A stretch of DNA of 64,000 bases from Bdellovibrionales bacterium. Its GTDB lineage: Bacteria; Bdellovibrionota; Bdellovibrionia; Bdellovibrionales; UBA1609. The notes beneath the pieces are model-generated. The model saw only the letters and a list, made by a program, of their open reading frames with translations. It was not told the origin of the DNA and ran no database searches. Made by a program: the position numbers and the translations under genes. Below are positions 27,535 to 38,025 of this stretch, piece by piece (position 1 is the first letter of the stretch; each line of letters starts with the position of its first letter). Where the stretch lies: assembly GCA_965200875.1 (NCBI GenBank), contig OZ241456.1:352001-416000 (forward strand). Direction: 5' to 3'.

Positions 27535-28958
27535 AAGTCTTTGGAGTAAGAGTCTTTTCTGCGATTGGGTGTGGGAATATTCATGGACTCCCTGTATTTG
27601 GCAATCGTCCGGCGCGCAAGATGCACCCCTAAATCTTCCTTCAGATGATCCATAATATATTGATCAGAAACAGGATCTTTTTTGTTTTCGTTTTTAATGT
27701 AAGATAAAATTTTCAATTTCACTACTTCACCGCTTATCTTTTCCCCTCTGTCTGTTTCAAGACCTGAGTTAAAAAAATATTTAAGCTCATATACACCATG
27801 TGGAGTATGAGCATACTTATTAGTGGTGACACGGCTTACGGTGGATTCATGTACACCGACTTCTTCCGCAATTTGCCTGAGAATCATGGGTTTCATTCCT
27901 ATAGACCCTTTTTTAAAAAATTCCATTTGATGTTTTACGATAGCTGAAGTGACTTTAAACATGGTCTTTTGACGCTGGTTAATGGAGCGAATCAGCCAAA
28001 GTGCAGAGTTCATTTTATGTCGTAAATACCGTTGTGTGGAGTCCAAGGGCAAAACTTTATCATTATCCAGCCCCCCTTTTAACATATCCTGGTACACATG
28101 AGCCACTCTTAAGTGTGGCAAACCCTCTTCATTAATGGATACCCGATATCCATTTTCCTCTTTAATAATATACACATCTGGCGTGACATATTGAATAGGT
28201 TGTGTAACGAAACGGCGACCGGGTTTAGGTTCCATGGCAGTAATGATTTTATACAGATCCATCACTTCCTCTTCTGTCAACCCCATTTTTAAAGCAATAG
28301 CATTAAAGTTCTTGCTTTCCAAATCTGACAGATGGTTTTCAATTAGAGTAATCAGATCTTTAGTGTCTTCTTGATTTTGACGAGCCTGAATCAACAAACA
28401 CTCTTTTAAATTTCTGGCTCCTACTCCGTTGGGATCCAAAGTATGTAATAGCTTGAGTGCCTTTCTTAAGGTGGACAAATTTGTGCCTGTTTCATTGGCT
28501 ATGTGCTCTAGGGGAACAACCAAATAACCATCTTCATTCAAACGATCCACCAGTAAATTCAAATGTGCTTTCTCTTGATTGGAAAAACCACTCATTTGAA
28601 TTTGCCACACCAAGTGATCATAAAGGCTTTGTTCTGTGGAAATAACATTTTCTAGATTAAATACACCATCAGCGGACTTTACCTGAGACTGCCTGGGGCC
28701 TCGCACAGAATAAGTGCTTGTAAACTCCATCCAAGTATGTCTTTCTGGGAGTTCTTCCTGATTGGATAATTCATCCATACTCTGTTCTTCCATTGTATCA
28801 TGTACTTCCTCTAAAACCGGATTTTCCAGCAATTCATCTCTAACCGCTTGCTCTAATTCCATTATAGGGAGAGTAAGAAGTTTTATGGACTGTTGAAGTT
28901 GAGGTGTCATCTTCAGTTTTTGAGCCAGTTTCATTCCCATTTTTAAATGCGCCGACAT
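27531..28958 (-). CDS. rpoN: RNA polymerase sigma-54 factor
   Basis: MTPQLQQSIKLL, HESTVSR, RpoN box ARRTIAKYRE. Confidence 0.97.
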   Translation of the reverse strand: MSAHLKMGMKLAQKLKMTPQLQQSIKLLTLPIMELEQAVRDELLENPVLEEVHDTMEEQSMDELSNQEELPERHTWMEFTSTYSVRGPRQSQVKSADGVFNLENVISTEQSLYDHLVWQIQMSGFSNQEKAHLNLLVDRLNEDGYLVVPLEHIANETGTNLSTLRKALKLLHTLDPNGVGARNLKECLLIQARQNQEDTKDLITLIENHLSDLESKNFNAIALKMGLTEEEVMDLYKIITAMEPKPGRRFVTQPIQYVTPDVYIIKEENGYRVSINEEGLPHLRVAHVYQDMLKGGLDNDKVLPLDSTQRYLRHKMNSALWLIRSINQRQKTMFKVTSAIVKHQMEFFKKGSIGMKPMILRQIAEEVGVHESTVSRVTTNKYAHTPHGVYELKYFFNSGLETDRGEKISGEVVKLKILSYIKNENKKDPVSDQYIMDHLKEDLGVHLARRTIAKYRESMNIPTPNRRKDSYSKDF

Positions 28959-29068
28959 AAATCCTCCGTATTATGTATAATATATACCATATCCTCTTTT
29001 TTTCATTAGTCAATTTTTTTACAGTCAAAGAGTCTGGTCAAGTCCGAAAACCTTTTAATAAACGATCT

Positions 29069-30508
29069 TTAGGGGAACATACCTCTGTTTTTTATTTGAG
29101 CAAAAGGTATCAAACTTAACTCTTTGGCTTGTTCAATATGTTGTGCTTTTATTTCTTCATCTTCATTCAAGTCTGCCAAAGTACGAGCCACTTTAAGAAC
29201 CGCTTTCTTTCTTCTTTTGGAAGACACACCAGAGGAAATTTGTGTTTCTCTTAAAAAGGAGCTGAGAGATGACTCCAGTTCCTGAATGGATAAACGAGCG
29301 TTCACTTTCTCTTGTTTTCTTTTCTTACGAAATGTGTGCGCTTTCATTACTTTTTTATGGATATCTTCAAGATGTACGGAAAGCGGGCCTTTTTTCCATT
29401 GGGTGGAAAAAGCCAGAATGTCAAAACGATCCAACATAGGGCCATTCAGCCTGTCCATAACAGAAAAGCACCTCCTGAGGGAATAAGAGCATTGAGTGGA
29501 TTTTCCCGGAACCAGATCCCCACAAGGGCAAAGGTTTGTTGCAGCCACTAATAAAAACCTGGCTGGAAACTTTTCACTTTGGCCCCGGCGGGAAATACAA
29601 ATTTCTCCTTTTTCCATTGGCTCTCTAAGAGCTTCTTGCACTCTTGGATGAAACTCCAAATATTCATCCATAAACAAAATACCACCATGTGCTTTTGTAA
29701 TTTCTCCAAAAAATACAGGATAGCCTCCCCCTATCATGGAAAGCGCGGTGATACTGTGATGAGGATTTACAAAAGGTCGCCATGTCAAAGACTCTCCTGT
29801 GTGGGACCAAATTTGCCGTGATTTTTGAAATTCGGATAAAGAAGGAGGAGGCAATAAATAAGGTAAATGCTCGGATAATGTGCTTTTACCGGAACCTGCT
29901 TCGCCGGCCAACAGTAAAGGGTGCTCACCCACAGCTGTAATCGTCAAAATAAAAGCCGATTGTTCGGAAAAACAAATATCGGGAATAGAGGGTTTTTGCA
30001 AAAGCTCTGTTAAAGGTTTTGCAGGCATAAAAGTTGGTTTTTCCAAATCCCTTAAAGAGCTTACCTGAAACAAAGGACAAAGATAATTTTCTTTTTCTAT
30101 TATCCCTGTCAATATCCCTTCTTTTCGTGAGGGCAGACTTTCCCAGTCATCCGGTGCAGATACAGTTCCATCCAGTGACAACTCTCCATAGATATAGAAA
30201 GGAGAAGATATCTCAGCAGGAGGTGGTATCTGCTTTGTTTTCCAAAGCAACGCGCAGGCAATAGCCAGCTCCAACCCTTGTGAGCTTTTCTTCAAGTGAG
30301 CAGGTCTGAGATTAATAATCATCTGTCTTGTATTAGGCCATTCAAACCCTTGAGCGCGAACAGCGGATTTAATCCGCATAACACTTTCCTTAATGGCCAT
30401 ATCCGGCAGACCCGTAAACTGAACCTGTGGCAAACCTGGAATCAAACTGAGCTGTACCTCTACAGGAATAATTTTATTTCCATCTTGTGTAAAAGAAAAA
30501 ATATTCAT
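29069..30508 (-). CDS. comM: YifB/ComM Mg-chelatase-like AAA+ protein
   Basis: GLPDMAIKES..R, INLRPA, PHHS, GEITKAHGG.LF.DE, ATNLCPCG; start 30508 or 30538. Confidence 0.88.
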   Translation of the reverse strand: MNIFSFTQDGNKIIPVEVQLSLIPGLPQVQFTGLPDMAIKESVMRIKSAVRAQGFEWPNTRQMIINLRPAHLKKSSQGLELAIACALLWKTKQIPPPAEISSPFYIYGELSLDGTVSAPDDWESLPSRKEGILTGIIEKENYLCPLFQVSSLRDLEKPTFMPAKPLTELLQKPSIPDICFSEQSAFILTITAVGEHPLLLAGEAGSGKSTLSEHLPYLLPPPSLSEFQKSRQIWSHTGESLTWRPFVNPHHSITALSMIGGGYPVFFGEITKAHGGILFMDEYLEFHPRVQEALREPMEKGEICISRRGQSEKFPARFLLVAATNLCPCGDLVPGKSTQCSYSLRRCFSVMDRLNGPMLDRFDILAFSTQWKKGPLSVHLEDIHKKVMKAHTFRKKRKQEKVNARLSIQELESSLSSFLRETQISSGVSSKRRKKAVLKVARTLADLNEDEEIKAQHIEQAKELSLIPFAQIKNRGMFP

Positions 30509-30576
30509 ACCCAATATATTTGCAAGACCGGATTGCACGAAAAAATAAAGAAAAATGGAGTTTTGAGAAGGTAAAA

Positions 30577-30609
30577 ATTCGAAATCCGAATATTATCCGA
30601 AATCCGAAT
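30577..30609. promoter_or_regulatory. Paired palindromic operator-like sites
   Basis: attcgaaatccgaat (30577-30591) and atccgaaatccgaat (30595-30609); the same motif is paired at 45657-45700. Confidence 0.55.
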
Positions 30610-30718
30610 TTTTTGACGCATAGTGTTCATTCCCGTAAAAAGCTAGATAATCTTCATATAAAAATCTTAAGATGTGTAATTATATAAAGATCATATCGAT
30701 TTTACAGGCACTTAAAAA

Positions 30719-32038
30719 ATGAAACAAAAAATTAAAAAATTTTTTGAAATAGAAAAAAACCAAAGCTCTCTTCGGCAGGAAGTGTTGGCTGGGATTACCA
30801 CTTTTTTGAGTATGGCTTATATTGTCAGTGTACATCCACAGATCATCAGCCAAACCGGTATGCCTTTTTCCGCCTGCGTGACAGCCACTATTTTGGTTTG
30901 TTTCTTTAGCTCTGTGGCTATGGGAGTTTATGCCAATAACCCCATTGTATTAGGCCCCAGTTTGAGCCTCAGCAGTTTTTTTACATTCACTCTGGTAAAA
31001 AGCCAAGGTGTTCCATATACTATAGCTTTGGGTGCCACCTTTTGGGTGGGTATTATCTTCTTTATCCTATCTCTTTTTAAAATCCGGGAGAAGTTAGTTC
31101 TCTCTGTGCCTCATTCCATTAAAAATGCTCTTATTTGCGGTATTGGATTCTTTATTGCCTTCATAGGTTTGAAAGAAGGCCAGCTGATTGTTCACTCAGA
31201 TGAAACCTTTTTAAAAGCAAAATCTCTTACGATAGAAAACGGAATATTTTTAGTGGGTCTGGCTTTCACCTTTCTTATGTTGGTTTTAAAAATCAAAAAC
31301 GCTTTATTGTTTTCCATCCCTGTTGTCACTTTTTTATGTGTTCCCGTAGGACGGCTATGGGGGGAGGAAACCATTGTAAACTACAGTGGCTTGTTCTCTT
31401 GGCCTGATTGGAGTCTTTTTTCACGAATGGATTTATTGGGTTCTTTACAATATTCCTTTTGGCCGGTTTTGTTTTCCATCGCCTTCGTGGATTTATTTGA
31501 AAGTCTTGGTGGTGTACTGGGAATAGCTAAGTCTGGTCCTTTAACTTCAGAAAACAGTTCTCGTCCTCGCTATTTAAGAAAAAGCCTTTTAATAGATGCC
31601 ACAGCTACTTCTTGGGCAGGACTGGCTGGTTCCAGTTCTGTTGTGTGTTTCCTAGAATCCATAACCGGTATTCGTGCTGGTGGAAAAACAGGCTTAACAG
31701 CAATTACAACAGCTCTTTTGTTTCTTCCCTTTTTGTTTCTTTCTCCCCTGCTTTCCATGATTCCTCATATTGCCACAGCTCCCATTTTGGTGGCACTGGG
31801 TTCTTACATGATAAAATCCGTCGTGGATATAGAATGGGATAACCCCGAAGAGGCTTTGCCAGCTTTTTTGATCATTATACTTATTCCGTTATGTTTTTCC
31901 ATCGTTCAGGGTATTATCTATGGATTTTTATTTTACACTTTTTTGAAAATAGCCTTGGGAAAAGGCCGATTGCTTTCTCCTTATATGTATTGCTTAACTA
32001 TTTTTTGCGCACTCTTCTTTATAGGATCTTGGCTCTGA
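30719..32038 (+). CDS. NCS2/AzgA-family purine permease
   Basis: EVLAGITTFLSMAYI, ESITGIRAGGKTGLTA; many TM helices; near pur genes. Confidence 0.9.
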   Translation: MKQKIKKFFEIEKNQSSLRQEVLAGITTFLSMAYIVSVHPQIISQTGMPFSACVTATILVCFFSSVAMGVYANNPIVLGPSLSLSSFFTFTLVKSQGVPYTIALGATFWVGIIFFILSLFKIREKLVLSVPHSIKNALICGIGFFIAFIGLKEGQLIVHSDETFLKAKSLTIENGIFLVGLAFTFLMLVLKIKNALLFSIPVVTFLCVPVGRLWGEETIVNYSGLFSWPDWSLFSRMDLLGSLQYSFWPVLFSIAFVDLFESLGGVLGIAKSGPLTSENSSRPRYLRKSLLIDATATSWAGLAGSSSVVCFLESITGIRAGGKTGLTAITTALLFLPFLFLSPLLSMIPHIATAPILVALGSYMIKSVVDIEWDNPEEALPAFLIIILIPLCFSIVQGIIYGFLFYTFLKIALGKGRLLSPYMYCLTIFCALFFIGSWL

Positions 32039-32154
32039 ATCATTAAAATACAAAAAATTGGATCAAGGTCGGGAAAAATTTGATTTAATGTGCTGAAAAC
32101 AGAGATGAAAAAGGGGCTGAAAAAAGTCATTTTTTTGAAAATTTTTATTCAAAC

Positions 32155-32183
32155 TTGACAACATACAAGTATTATCAGACAAT
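32155..32183 (+). promoter_or_regulatory. Putative sigma70 promoter
   Basis: TTGACA-N17-GACAAT upstream of the small ORF at 32263. Confidence 0.5.
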
Positions 32184-32262
32184 AATTTTTAGTTGACAAC
32201 ACAAAATCAGAAAATTTGATTGAGTATATAATTTTGCCTCTTAACCCACTTAAGAGGGAATT

Positions 32263-32463
32263 ATGAATCCTCCAAAGGAACTTAAAAATTCTGATTTGAA
32301 ATATATATCAGAAGAGAGAAAAAAAGAAGTTGAGCAGGTTTTCCAAACTCTTGGAATACTACAAAAAGAGAATCTCCTTGACTATTCTGAAGGTTATAAT
32401 ACTCCATTCAGACAACTTTCTGTCTTAAAAAATGAAACCATAATTTTTAGTGGTTATGGTTAA
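32263..32463 (+). CDS. Small hypothetical protein (66 aa)
   Basis: GAGGGA RBS, upstream promoter match, fills the intergenic gap. Confidence 0.55.
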   Translation: MNPPKELKNSDLKYISEERKKEVEQVFQTLGILQKENLLDYSEGYNTPFRQLSVLKNETIIFSGYG

Positions 32464-32487
32464 TTATGCCTAATTGGTTGGAAAAAA

Positions 32488-33162
32488 TTAAAGATCTTTA
32501 AAGAACAGAGTGCCATCTGAGCTTCCCATCCACTCTGCCATAGCTCTTTCTGGATGAGGCATCAAGCCCGCCACATTTTTCTTTTCATTCATCACACCGG
32601 CTATACTTCCCACAGAACCGTTGGGGTTATTTTTGTACTTCCACCAAATTTGTTCCTGATCTTCCAGCTGTTTTATTCCATCTTCATCAATGTAAAAACA
32701 GCCTTCCTTATGTGCGATGGGAATACGAATAGTTTTTTTTGTCATTCCATTTCCTCCTCCCCACTCTTGGCAAGAATGACAAAGCTCAAGCTCTACCCAT
32801 TCATCAATAAAACGAAGGCTTTTATTAATTTTTAAAACTCCTTTCAAAAGACCCGCTTCACATAAAATTTGAAAACCGTTGCATATTCCTAAAACCGGCC
32901 ACCCCTCTTGAGCCACTTTATGAATATCCTGCATAGCTGGAGAATGTGCTGACAAAGCCCCCGCCCGAAGATAGTCTCCATAAGAAAACCCCCCTGGCAA
33001 AACAAAAGCCGAATAATCTTTCGGAGAAAATCTGTCTGTATGCCATATCTTTTTTGCAGGCTGGTTTACACTCTCCAGAGCCTTCAAAACATCCTGATCA
33101 CATTGAGTGCCTGGAAAAACCAACACTCCAACCGGTTTTTTACTCACAATACTTTTTTTCAT
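32488..33162 (-). CDS. purQ: FGAM synthase glutaminase subunit
   Basis: FPGT.CD, PGGFSYGDYLRAG, GICNGFQ, MPHPER. Confidence 0.96.
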   Translation of the reverse strand: MKKSIVSKKPVGVLVFPGTQCDQDVLKALESVNQPAKKIWHTDRFSPKDYSAFVLPGGFSYGDYLRAGALSAHSPAMQDIHKVAQEGWPVLGICNGFQILCEAGLLKGVLKINKSLRFIDEWVELELCHSCQEWGGGNGMTKKTIRIPIAHKEGCFYIDEDGIKQLEDQEQIWWKYKNNPNGSVGSIAGVMNEKKNVAGLMPHPERAMAEWMGSSDGTLFFKDL

Positions 33163-33204
33163 AGTCTTTGGTTCTCTTGTTTGTTTTTCTGATGATTTTC
33201 GTGA

Positions 33205-33459
33205 TTATTCTGGTTTGTCAGATAAAATTTCCAACTCATAAGTTTCCAAAAGAGGGTTGCATAACACTGACTTCGCCATTTTTTTCGCTTCACCCAAAGC
33301 AAATTCTAGGTCATCTGTATGGATTGTCAATCTGATAAATTTTCCGTACTGACAATTTTTAATGGCCCTACCCTGTCGCTTTAGCATATCTGCTATAGCA
33401 CGACCCTGCACATCCAATACTTCCTTTTTAGGTAAAATTTTAACTCCCACTATTATCAT
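33205..33459 (-). CDS. purS: FGAM synthase subunit PurS
   Basis: K.EVLDVQG.AI...GK...LCNP..E.Y; lies between purC and purQ. Confidence 0.9.
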   Translation of the reverse strand: MIIVGVKILPKKEVLDVQGRAIADMLKRQGRAIKNCQYGKFIRLTIHTDDLEFALGEAKKMAKSVLCNPLLETYELEILSDKPE

Positions 33460-34187
33460 TTTCCCATTTTCCTTTGTAAATAATCATACACTTTTTTATA
33501 GGATTCTTCCACTCCACCTAAGTCCAAGCGGAAGCGATCTTTATCCATTTTTTCTCCTGTTTGCTTGTCCCACAAACGACAGGAGTCACAGGAAATTTCA
33601 TCAGCCAATACAAATACTTTCTTTTTCAAAGTGCCAAACTCCAGTTTAAAGTCAATAAGTTCTATTTCCGCTGAATCAAAAAAATTTTTTAATTTCTGGT
33701 TCACCCGCAAAGCCTGCTTTTTTAAAATATCCATTTCCTTTCTTTCGGCAACAAAGTTAAAAAGCACTGCCTGATCTGTACTAACAAAAGGATCTCCTAA
33801 GCTGTCGTTTTTATAATAAAACTCCACCAATGGTTCTGAAAGTACTTGGCCTTCGGGGAATTGAAATTTCCTAGCCGTGGAACCAGCCAAGCGGTTTCTT
33901 ACCACTACCTCCAAAGGAATTATTTGCAAGCCTTGGCAAATCATTCCTGATTTATCCACATCCGCCACCCAATGCGTTTTTATCTCTTCTTTCTTGAGAA
34001 AGCGAAACACAAGAGAGCTGGTATCTCTGTTTAAAGTGCCTTTTCCTTTAAAGCTGGATTTTTTTTTCCCGTTAAAGGCTGTTAAATTATCTTTGAACTC
34101 CATCCATATCAGATGAGGATGATCTTTAACTCCATAAATACTCTTTCCTTTTCCTTCACTGAAAAAATCTCCTTTTATCCATTTCAT
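33456..34187 (-). CDS. purC: SAICAR synthase
   Basis: EGKGK, IPLEVVVRN..AGS, DFKLEFG, LADEISCDSCRLWD, DKDRFR. Confidence 0.96.
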   Translation of the reverse strand: MKWIKGDFFSEGKGKSIYGVKDHPHLIWMEFKDNLTAFNGKKKSSFKGKGTLNRDTSSLVFRFLKKEEIKTHWVADVDKSGMICQGLQIIPLEVVVRNRLAGSTARKFQFPEGQVLSEPLVEFYYKNDSLGDPFVSTDQAVLFNFVAERKEMDILKKQALRVNQKLKNFFDSAEIELIDFKLEFGTLKKKVFVLADEISCDSCRLWDKQTGEKMDKDRFRLDLGGVEESYKKVYDYLQRKMGK

Positions 34188-34211
34188 TTTATTTTCCTCA
34201 ACCCCGCGCTT

Positions 34212-35519
34212 TTACTTTACCTGACTTTGTTTTAAAATGACTTGTATTTGTTTTGCGATTTGCTTTTTTCGTTTCTCCAAAGAAAATTTTTCTTTAATCT
34301 CTTCCGGCTTAAGGTATTTTAAAACAGTTTTGTTTTTTAGTAATTGCTCTTGGAAAGATTCTCCTGATTTAAGAGCAAAGCTTATTTTTTGAATTAACTC
34401 GTAAGCCTGAAACCTCGACATGCCTCTTTGTACAAGAGTCGTTAAAAGTAAAGAAGAGAACACCACTTCTCCACTGGACTTCAGGTTTTCAAGCATTCGG
34501 TTTTCATTAATACATAAGTTCTCCATTATCTCCGCCATGCGGTTTAAAGCAAAATCACAGAGAATAAAAGAAGAGGAAAACATAAGCCTCTCCACAGAAG
34601 AGTGAGAAATATCTCTTTCATGCCACAAAACAGTATTTTCCAAAGCTGGAACAGTGTAAGAACGAATCAAACGGGAAAGTCCTGTAATATTTTCAGAATA
34701 AATAGGGTTTTTTTTATGAGGCATGGCACTGGAACCCGTTTGACCGGGAGCAAAACCTTCAGATACCTCTGCCACCTCAGATCGCTGAAGATGACGAATC
34801 TCCACTGCTAGGCGCTCTAAACCGCTGGCTGTCATGGCAAGAGACAAAATTACCTCTGCATGACGATCTCTCGGCACTATCTGTGTTGCAGTTGGCTCTG
34901 CAGAAAGATTAAGAGCTTGGCAAATTTTTTGTTCCAACTCAGGAGAAAGTGCACTGTAAGCACCCACCGCCCCACTGAACTTTCCCACCATTGTTTGCTT
35001 AAGGGCGCGAAACACTCTCTGCTCATTCCTCTGAAGTTCCATTAAATAACCGGTGAGTTTCCAGCCAAAAGTAAGAGGTTCTGCCACCATCCCATGTGTT
35101 CTGCCACAACAAAGAGTTTCTGCGTGTTTCTCGCTAAGCGTAAGCAAGATTTTTTTCAAGCGGACAAAAGATCTTTTTAAAACTTCACTGGCTGAAGAAA
35201 GCAACAAAGCCAGTGCAGAATCCAGCACATCAGAGGAGGTAAGCCCCCAGTGGACATACGCGCCTTCTGAACCACCCACTTTATCGGCCACTTCCTGCAC
35301 GAAGGCCGTCACATCGTGTCGGGTCTTTTTTTCGTTCTTTACTATATTGTTTAACTCAAAATCCGCTTTTTCCTGAATGGCCTGAGCAGAAGTTCCGGGA
35401 ATCAACCCCATTTCCGCTTGAGCAAGTGCCACCGCTTTTTCCACTTGTAGCATTTTTCGAAAACGATTCTCTTGAGTCCACACTTGACCCATTTCTTTTC
35501 TGGTGTATCTTTCCAACAT
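34212..35519 (-). CDS. purB: Adenylosuccinate lyase
   Basis: RHDV, GRTHG, GSSAMPHKKNP, HERDISHSSVER. Confidence 0.97.
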   Translation of the reverse strand: MLERYTRKEMGQVWTQENRFRKMLQVEKAVALAQAEMGLIPGTSAQAIQEKADFELNNIVKNEKKTRHDVTAFVQEVADKVGGSEGAYVHWGLTSSDVLDSALALLLSSASEVLKRSFVRLKKILLTLSEKHAETLCCGRTHGMVAEPLTFGWKLTGYLMELQRNEQRVFRALKQTMVGKFSGAVGAYSALSPELEQKICQALNLSAEPTATQIVPRDRHAEVILSLAMTASGLERLAVEIRHLQRSEVAEVSEGFAPGQTGSSAMPHKKNPIYSENITGLSRLIRSYTVPALENTVLWHERDISHSSVERLMFSSSFILCDFALNRMAEIMENLCINENRMLENLKSSGEVVFSSLLLTTLVQRGMSRFQAYELIQKISFALKSGESFQEQLLKNKTVLKYLKPEEIKEKFSLEKRKKQIAKQIQVILKQSQVK

Positions 35520-35636
35520 GAACTGTCCCCTTTCAATTTATTTATTGCTGATATAATTTCTTACAGACTCTTCATAATGGAGTCCGTCAGCAAAATCAAT
35601 ATAAAAACTTGCCGGTGCAAATTGCTCTTGTTTTCT

Positions 35637-36473
35637 CTATTGCTGTATTTTATTGGTGTATTTTTCCAGAATATGGTCAGCCAATTCTAGGAAAGACAAA
35701 CCCTCTTCGGAATCAGGATAGCTTTCCATAAAAGGTACACCGCTTTCACAACTCAACCCCACATCAGGATGAAAAGGGATACTGCTTAATTTTTTAATAT
35801 TGTTTGTTTTTAAATAAATATCCAGCTGTCCTTTGGGAAATAAATCAATAGGTTCTTCATCCTGTCTTACTTTAAAAGAAGACATATTTTCCACAACTCC
35901 CAAACAAGGGATTTTCAAGTGTGCCAACATATTTAAAGCTTTTTTTGCATCTGCCAAAGCAATATTTTGAGGAGTACATACCACTATACCACCGGATACA
36001 GGTGTTTTTTGGGCCAGGGTTAACACCACATCCCCCGTACCGGGCGGAAGATCCACTATTAAATAATCCAGTTCTCCCCAGTCCACTTCGTTTAAAAACT
36101 GGCCAATAGCTTTAAACAACATGGGGCCACGCCATATTACAGGTAAATCTTCTTTCACTAAAAATCCCATGCTCATTAATTTAATGCCAAAGCGGTTAAG
36201 GGGAATCACTTTTTTGTTTTCAGAATTGATATCTGTCTTTTGATTTAAACATCCCATCATACGGGGCAGGGAAGGTCCATAGAGATCTGCGTCTAGGAGA
36301 CCCACTTTTAGGGTGGTGGATTTTTTTTTAAAAGCCAAAGCTAGATTTAAAGCTACAGTGCTTTTTCCTACACCTCCTTTGCCGGAACCAATGGCTATAA
36401 TATACTTTACCCCTGGAATTTCAGCTTGTTGATCAAAAGGGTTTTTCCCTGTGTTCGAAGCTTGTGTTTTCAT
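35637..36473 (-). CDS. mrp: Mrp/NBP35 (ApbC) Fe-S carrier ATPase
   Basis: SGKGGVGKST, DADLYGPS, WRGPM, DLPPGTGD, ENMS. Confidence 0.93.
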   Translation of the reverse strand: MKTQASNTGKNPFDQQAEIPGVKYIIAIGSGKGGVGKSTVALNLALAFKKKSTTLKVGLLDADLYGPSLPRMMGCLNQKTDINSENKKVIPLNRFGIKLMSMGFLVKEDLPVIWRGPMLFKAIGQFLNEVDWGELDYLIVDLPPGTGDVVLTLAQKTPVSGGIVVCTPQNIALADAKKALNMLAHLKIPCLGVVENMSSFKVRQDEEPIDLFPKGQLDIYLKTNNIKKLSSIPFHPDVGLSCESGVPFMESYPDSEEGLSFLELADHILEKYTNKIQQ

Positions 36474-36497
36474 ATTTACCCTCTTGTTTTTTTATTG

Positions 36498-37157
36498 CTA
36501 AAATTCAATGGTTTTTACTTGATGGCTGACTTTTAAAGTGGCAGAAGTGATTTTTTTCACCTCTTCAATAGTAATGCCCGGTGCGGTTTCCTGTAAAACA
36601 AAACCTTCTTCTGGAATAACATCAATCACAGCATAGTCCGTGACGACACGATTAACGCAATTTAAACCTGTTAAAGGCAAGGAACATTTTTCCAAAATCT
36701 TTGAATTTCCTTTTTTATCAGTATGTTGCATGGCTACAATGACTTTTTTAGTTCCTGCCACCAGATCCATAGCACCCCCCATGCCTTTTACCATTTTTCC
36801 CGGAACCATCCAGTTGGCGATAGCCCCTGTCTGATCCACTTGTAAAGCCCCCAGAACACTTAAGTCAATATGTCCTCCACGAATCATGGCAAAGCTTTCC
36901 GCTGAGGAAAAAAAACTAGCTCCCTTTACCGCAGTGACTGTTTGCTTTCCGGCGTTTATCAGATCAGCGTCTTCTGCTCCGTCCAAAGGGAAAGGGCCAA
37001 GGCCCAGAAGACCATTTTCACTATGAAGCATGACCTTTATATTATCAGGAATGAAGTTGCTTACCAAAGTGGGAATACCGATTCCTAAGTTAACCGTAAA
37101 ACCATCTTCAATTTCCTGTGCAATTCTTTTTGCGATTTGATTTCTGTCGAGTGGCAT
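36498..37157 (-). CDS. scoB: 3-oxoacid CoA-transferase subunit B
   Basis: [31 protein letters not shown]. Confidence 0.93.
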   Translation of the reverse strand: MPLDRNQIAKRIAQEIEDGFTVNLGIGIPTLVSNFIPDNIKVMLHSENGLLGLGPFPLDGAEDADLINAGKQTVTAVKGASFFSSAESFAMIRGGHIDLSVLGALQVDQTGAIANWMVPGKMVKGMGGAMDLVAGTKKVIVAMQHTDKKGNSKILEKCSLPLTGLNCVNRVVTDYAVIDVIPEEGFVLQETAPGITIEEVKKITSATLKVSHQVKTIEF

Positions 37158-37221
37158 AATTTTCCTTTTTTTTATTTGTAGCGTGTTTTACTGTATCAAC
37201 ACTTTCTTTTTTATTTCAAAG

Positions 37222-37920
37222 TCAGCTTTGTGCTCTTATTGTTCTTTGTTCTATTCTTTTTTCATGTTTTTTTCCCTGGAAAATTCTTTGTACGAAAAGA
37301 CCTGGAGTATGAATAGTATCAGGTGCCAATTCTCCTGTTTCCACCAATATTTCCACTTCAGCAACAGTGATTTTTCCGGCTGTGGCCATAACGGAATTAA
37401 AGTTACGAGCAGTATGACGATAGATTAAGTTGCCGAATTTGTCTCCTTTGTAAGCTTTTACCAAAGCAAAATCCCCTTTGAGGGCTTTCTCCAATAAATA
37501 TTCTTTTCCGGCAAAAGTTTTAACTTCTTTTCCTTCCGCCACCTTGGTTCCCACTCCGGTAGGGGTGTAAAAAGCTGGTATACCAGCACCGCCAGCGCGG
37601 ATTCTTTCCGCTAAAGTACCTTGAGGAACCAGCTCCACTTCCAATTCACCATCTAAAAATTGTTTTTCAAAAATCAAATTTTCTCCCACATAACTAGCCA
37701 CCATTTTTTTGATTTGGCGGGTTTGCAATAAAAGCCCTAAGCCGAAATCGTCCACACCGGCGTTGTTGGAAACACAAGTAAGATTTTTAATGCCTTTTTC
37801 GCGAATGGCGGAAATAAGATTTTCCGGAATCCCGCAAAGGCCAAAGCCCCCTACCAATAAAACAGAAGAGTCTTTTATATCAAAAACTGCTGTCTCCGCA
37901 TTTTTAAAAACTTTGTTCAT
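37222..37920 (-). CDS. scoA: 3-oxoacid CoA-transferase subunit A
   Basis: [34 protein letters not shown]. Confidence 0.93.
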   Translation of the reverse strand: MNKVFKNAETAVFDIKDSSVLLVGGFGLCGIPENLISAIREKGIKNLTCVSNNAGVDDFGLGLLLQTRQIKKMVASYVGENLIFEKQFLDGELEVELVPQGTLAERIRAGGAGIPAFYTPTGVGTKVAEGKEVKTFAGKEYLLEKALKGDFALVKAYKGDKFGNLIYRHTARNFNSVMATAGKITVAEVEILVETGELAPDTIHTPGLFVQRIFQGKKHEKRIEQRTIRAQS

Positions 37921-38025
37921 ATTTTTAAGTCTTTCATTTTGATTTTTTATTGGATAAATTATTTCTTACATTTTTTCCGGCAAAAGAGCCAGCACTTCCC
38001 CACCTAAATCTGCATTTTTCAACAA

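Noticed and set aside
30640..30718. Purine riboswitch upstream of the NCS2 permease
   Set aside because: Lacks the conserved UAUGG, GUUUCUACC and CCGUAAA elements and the stems
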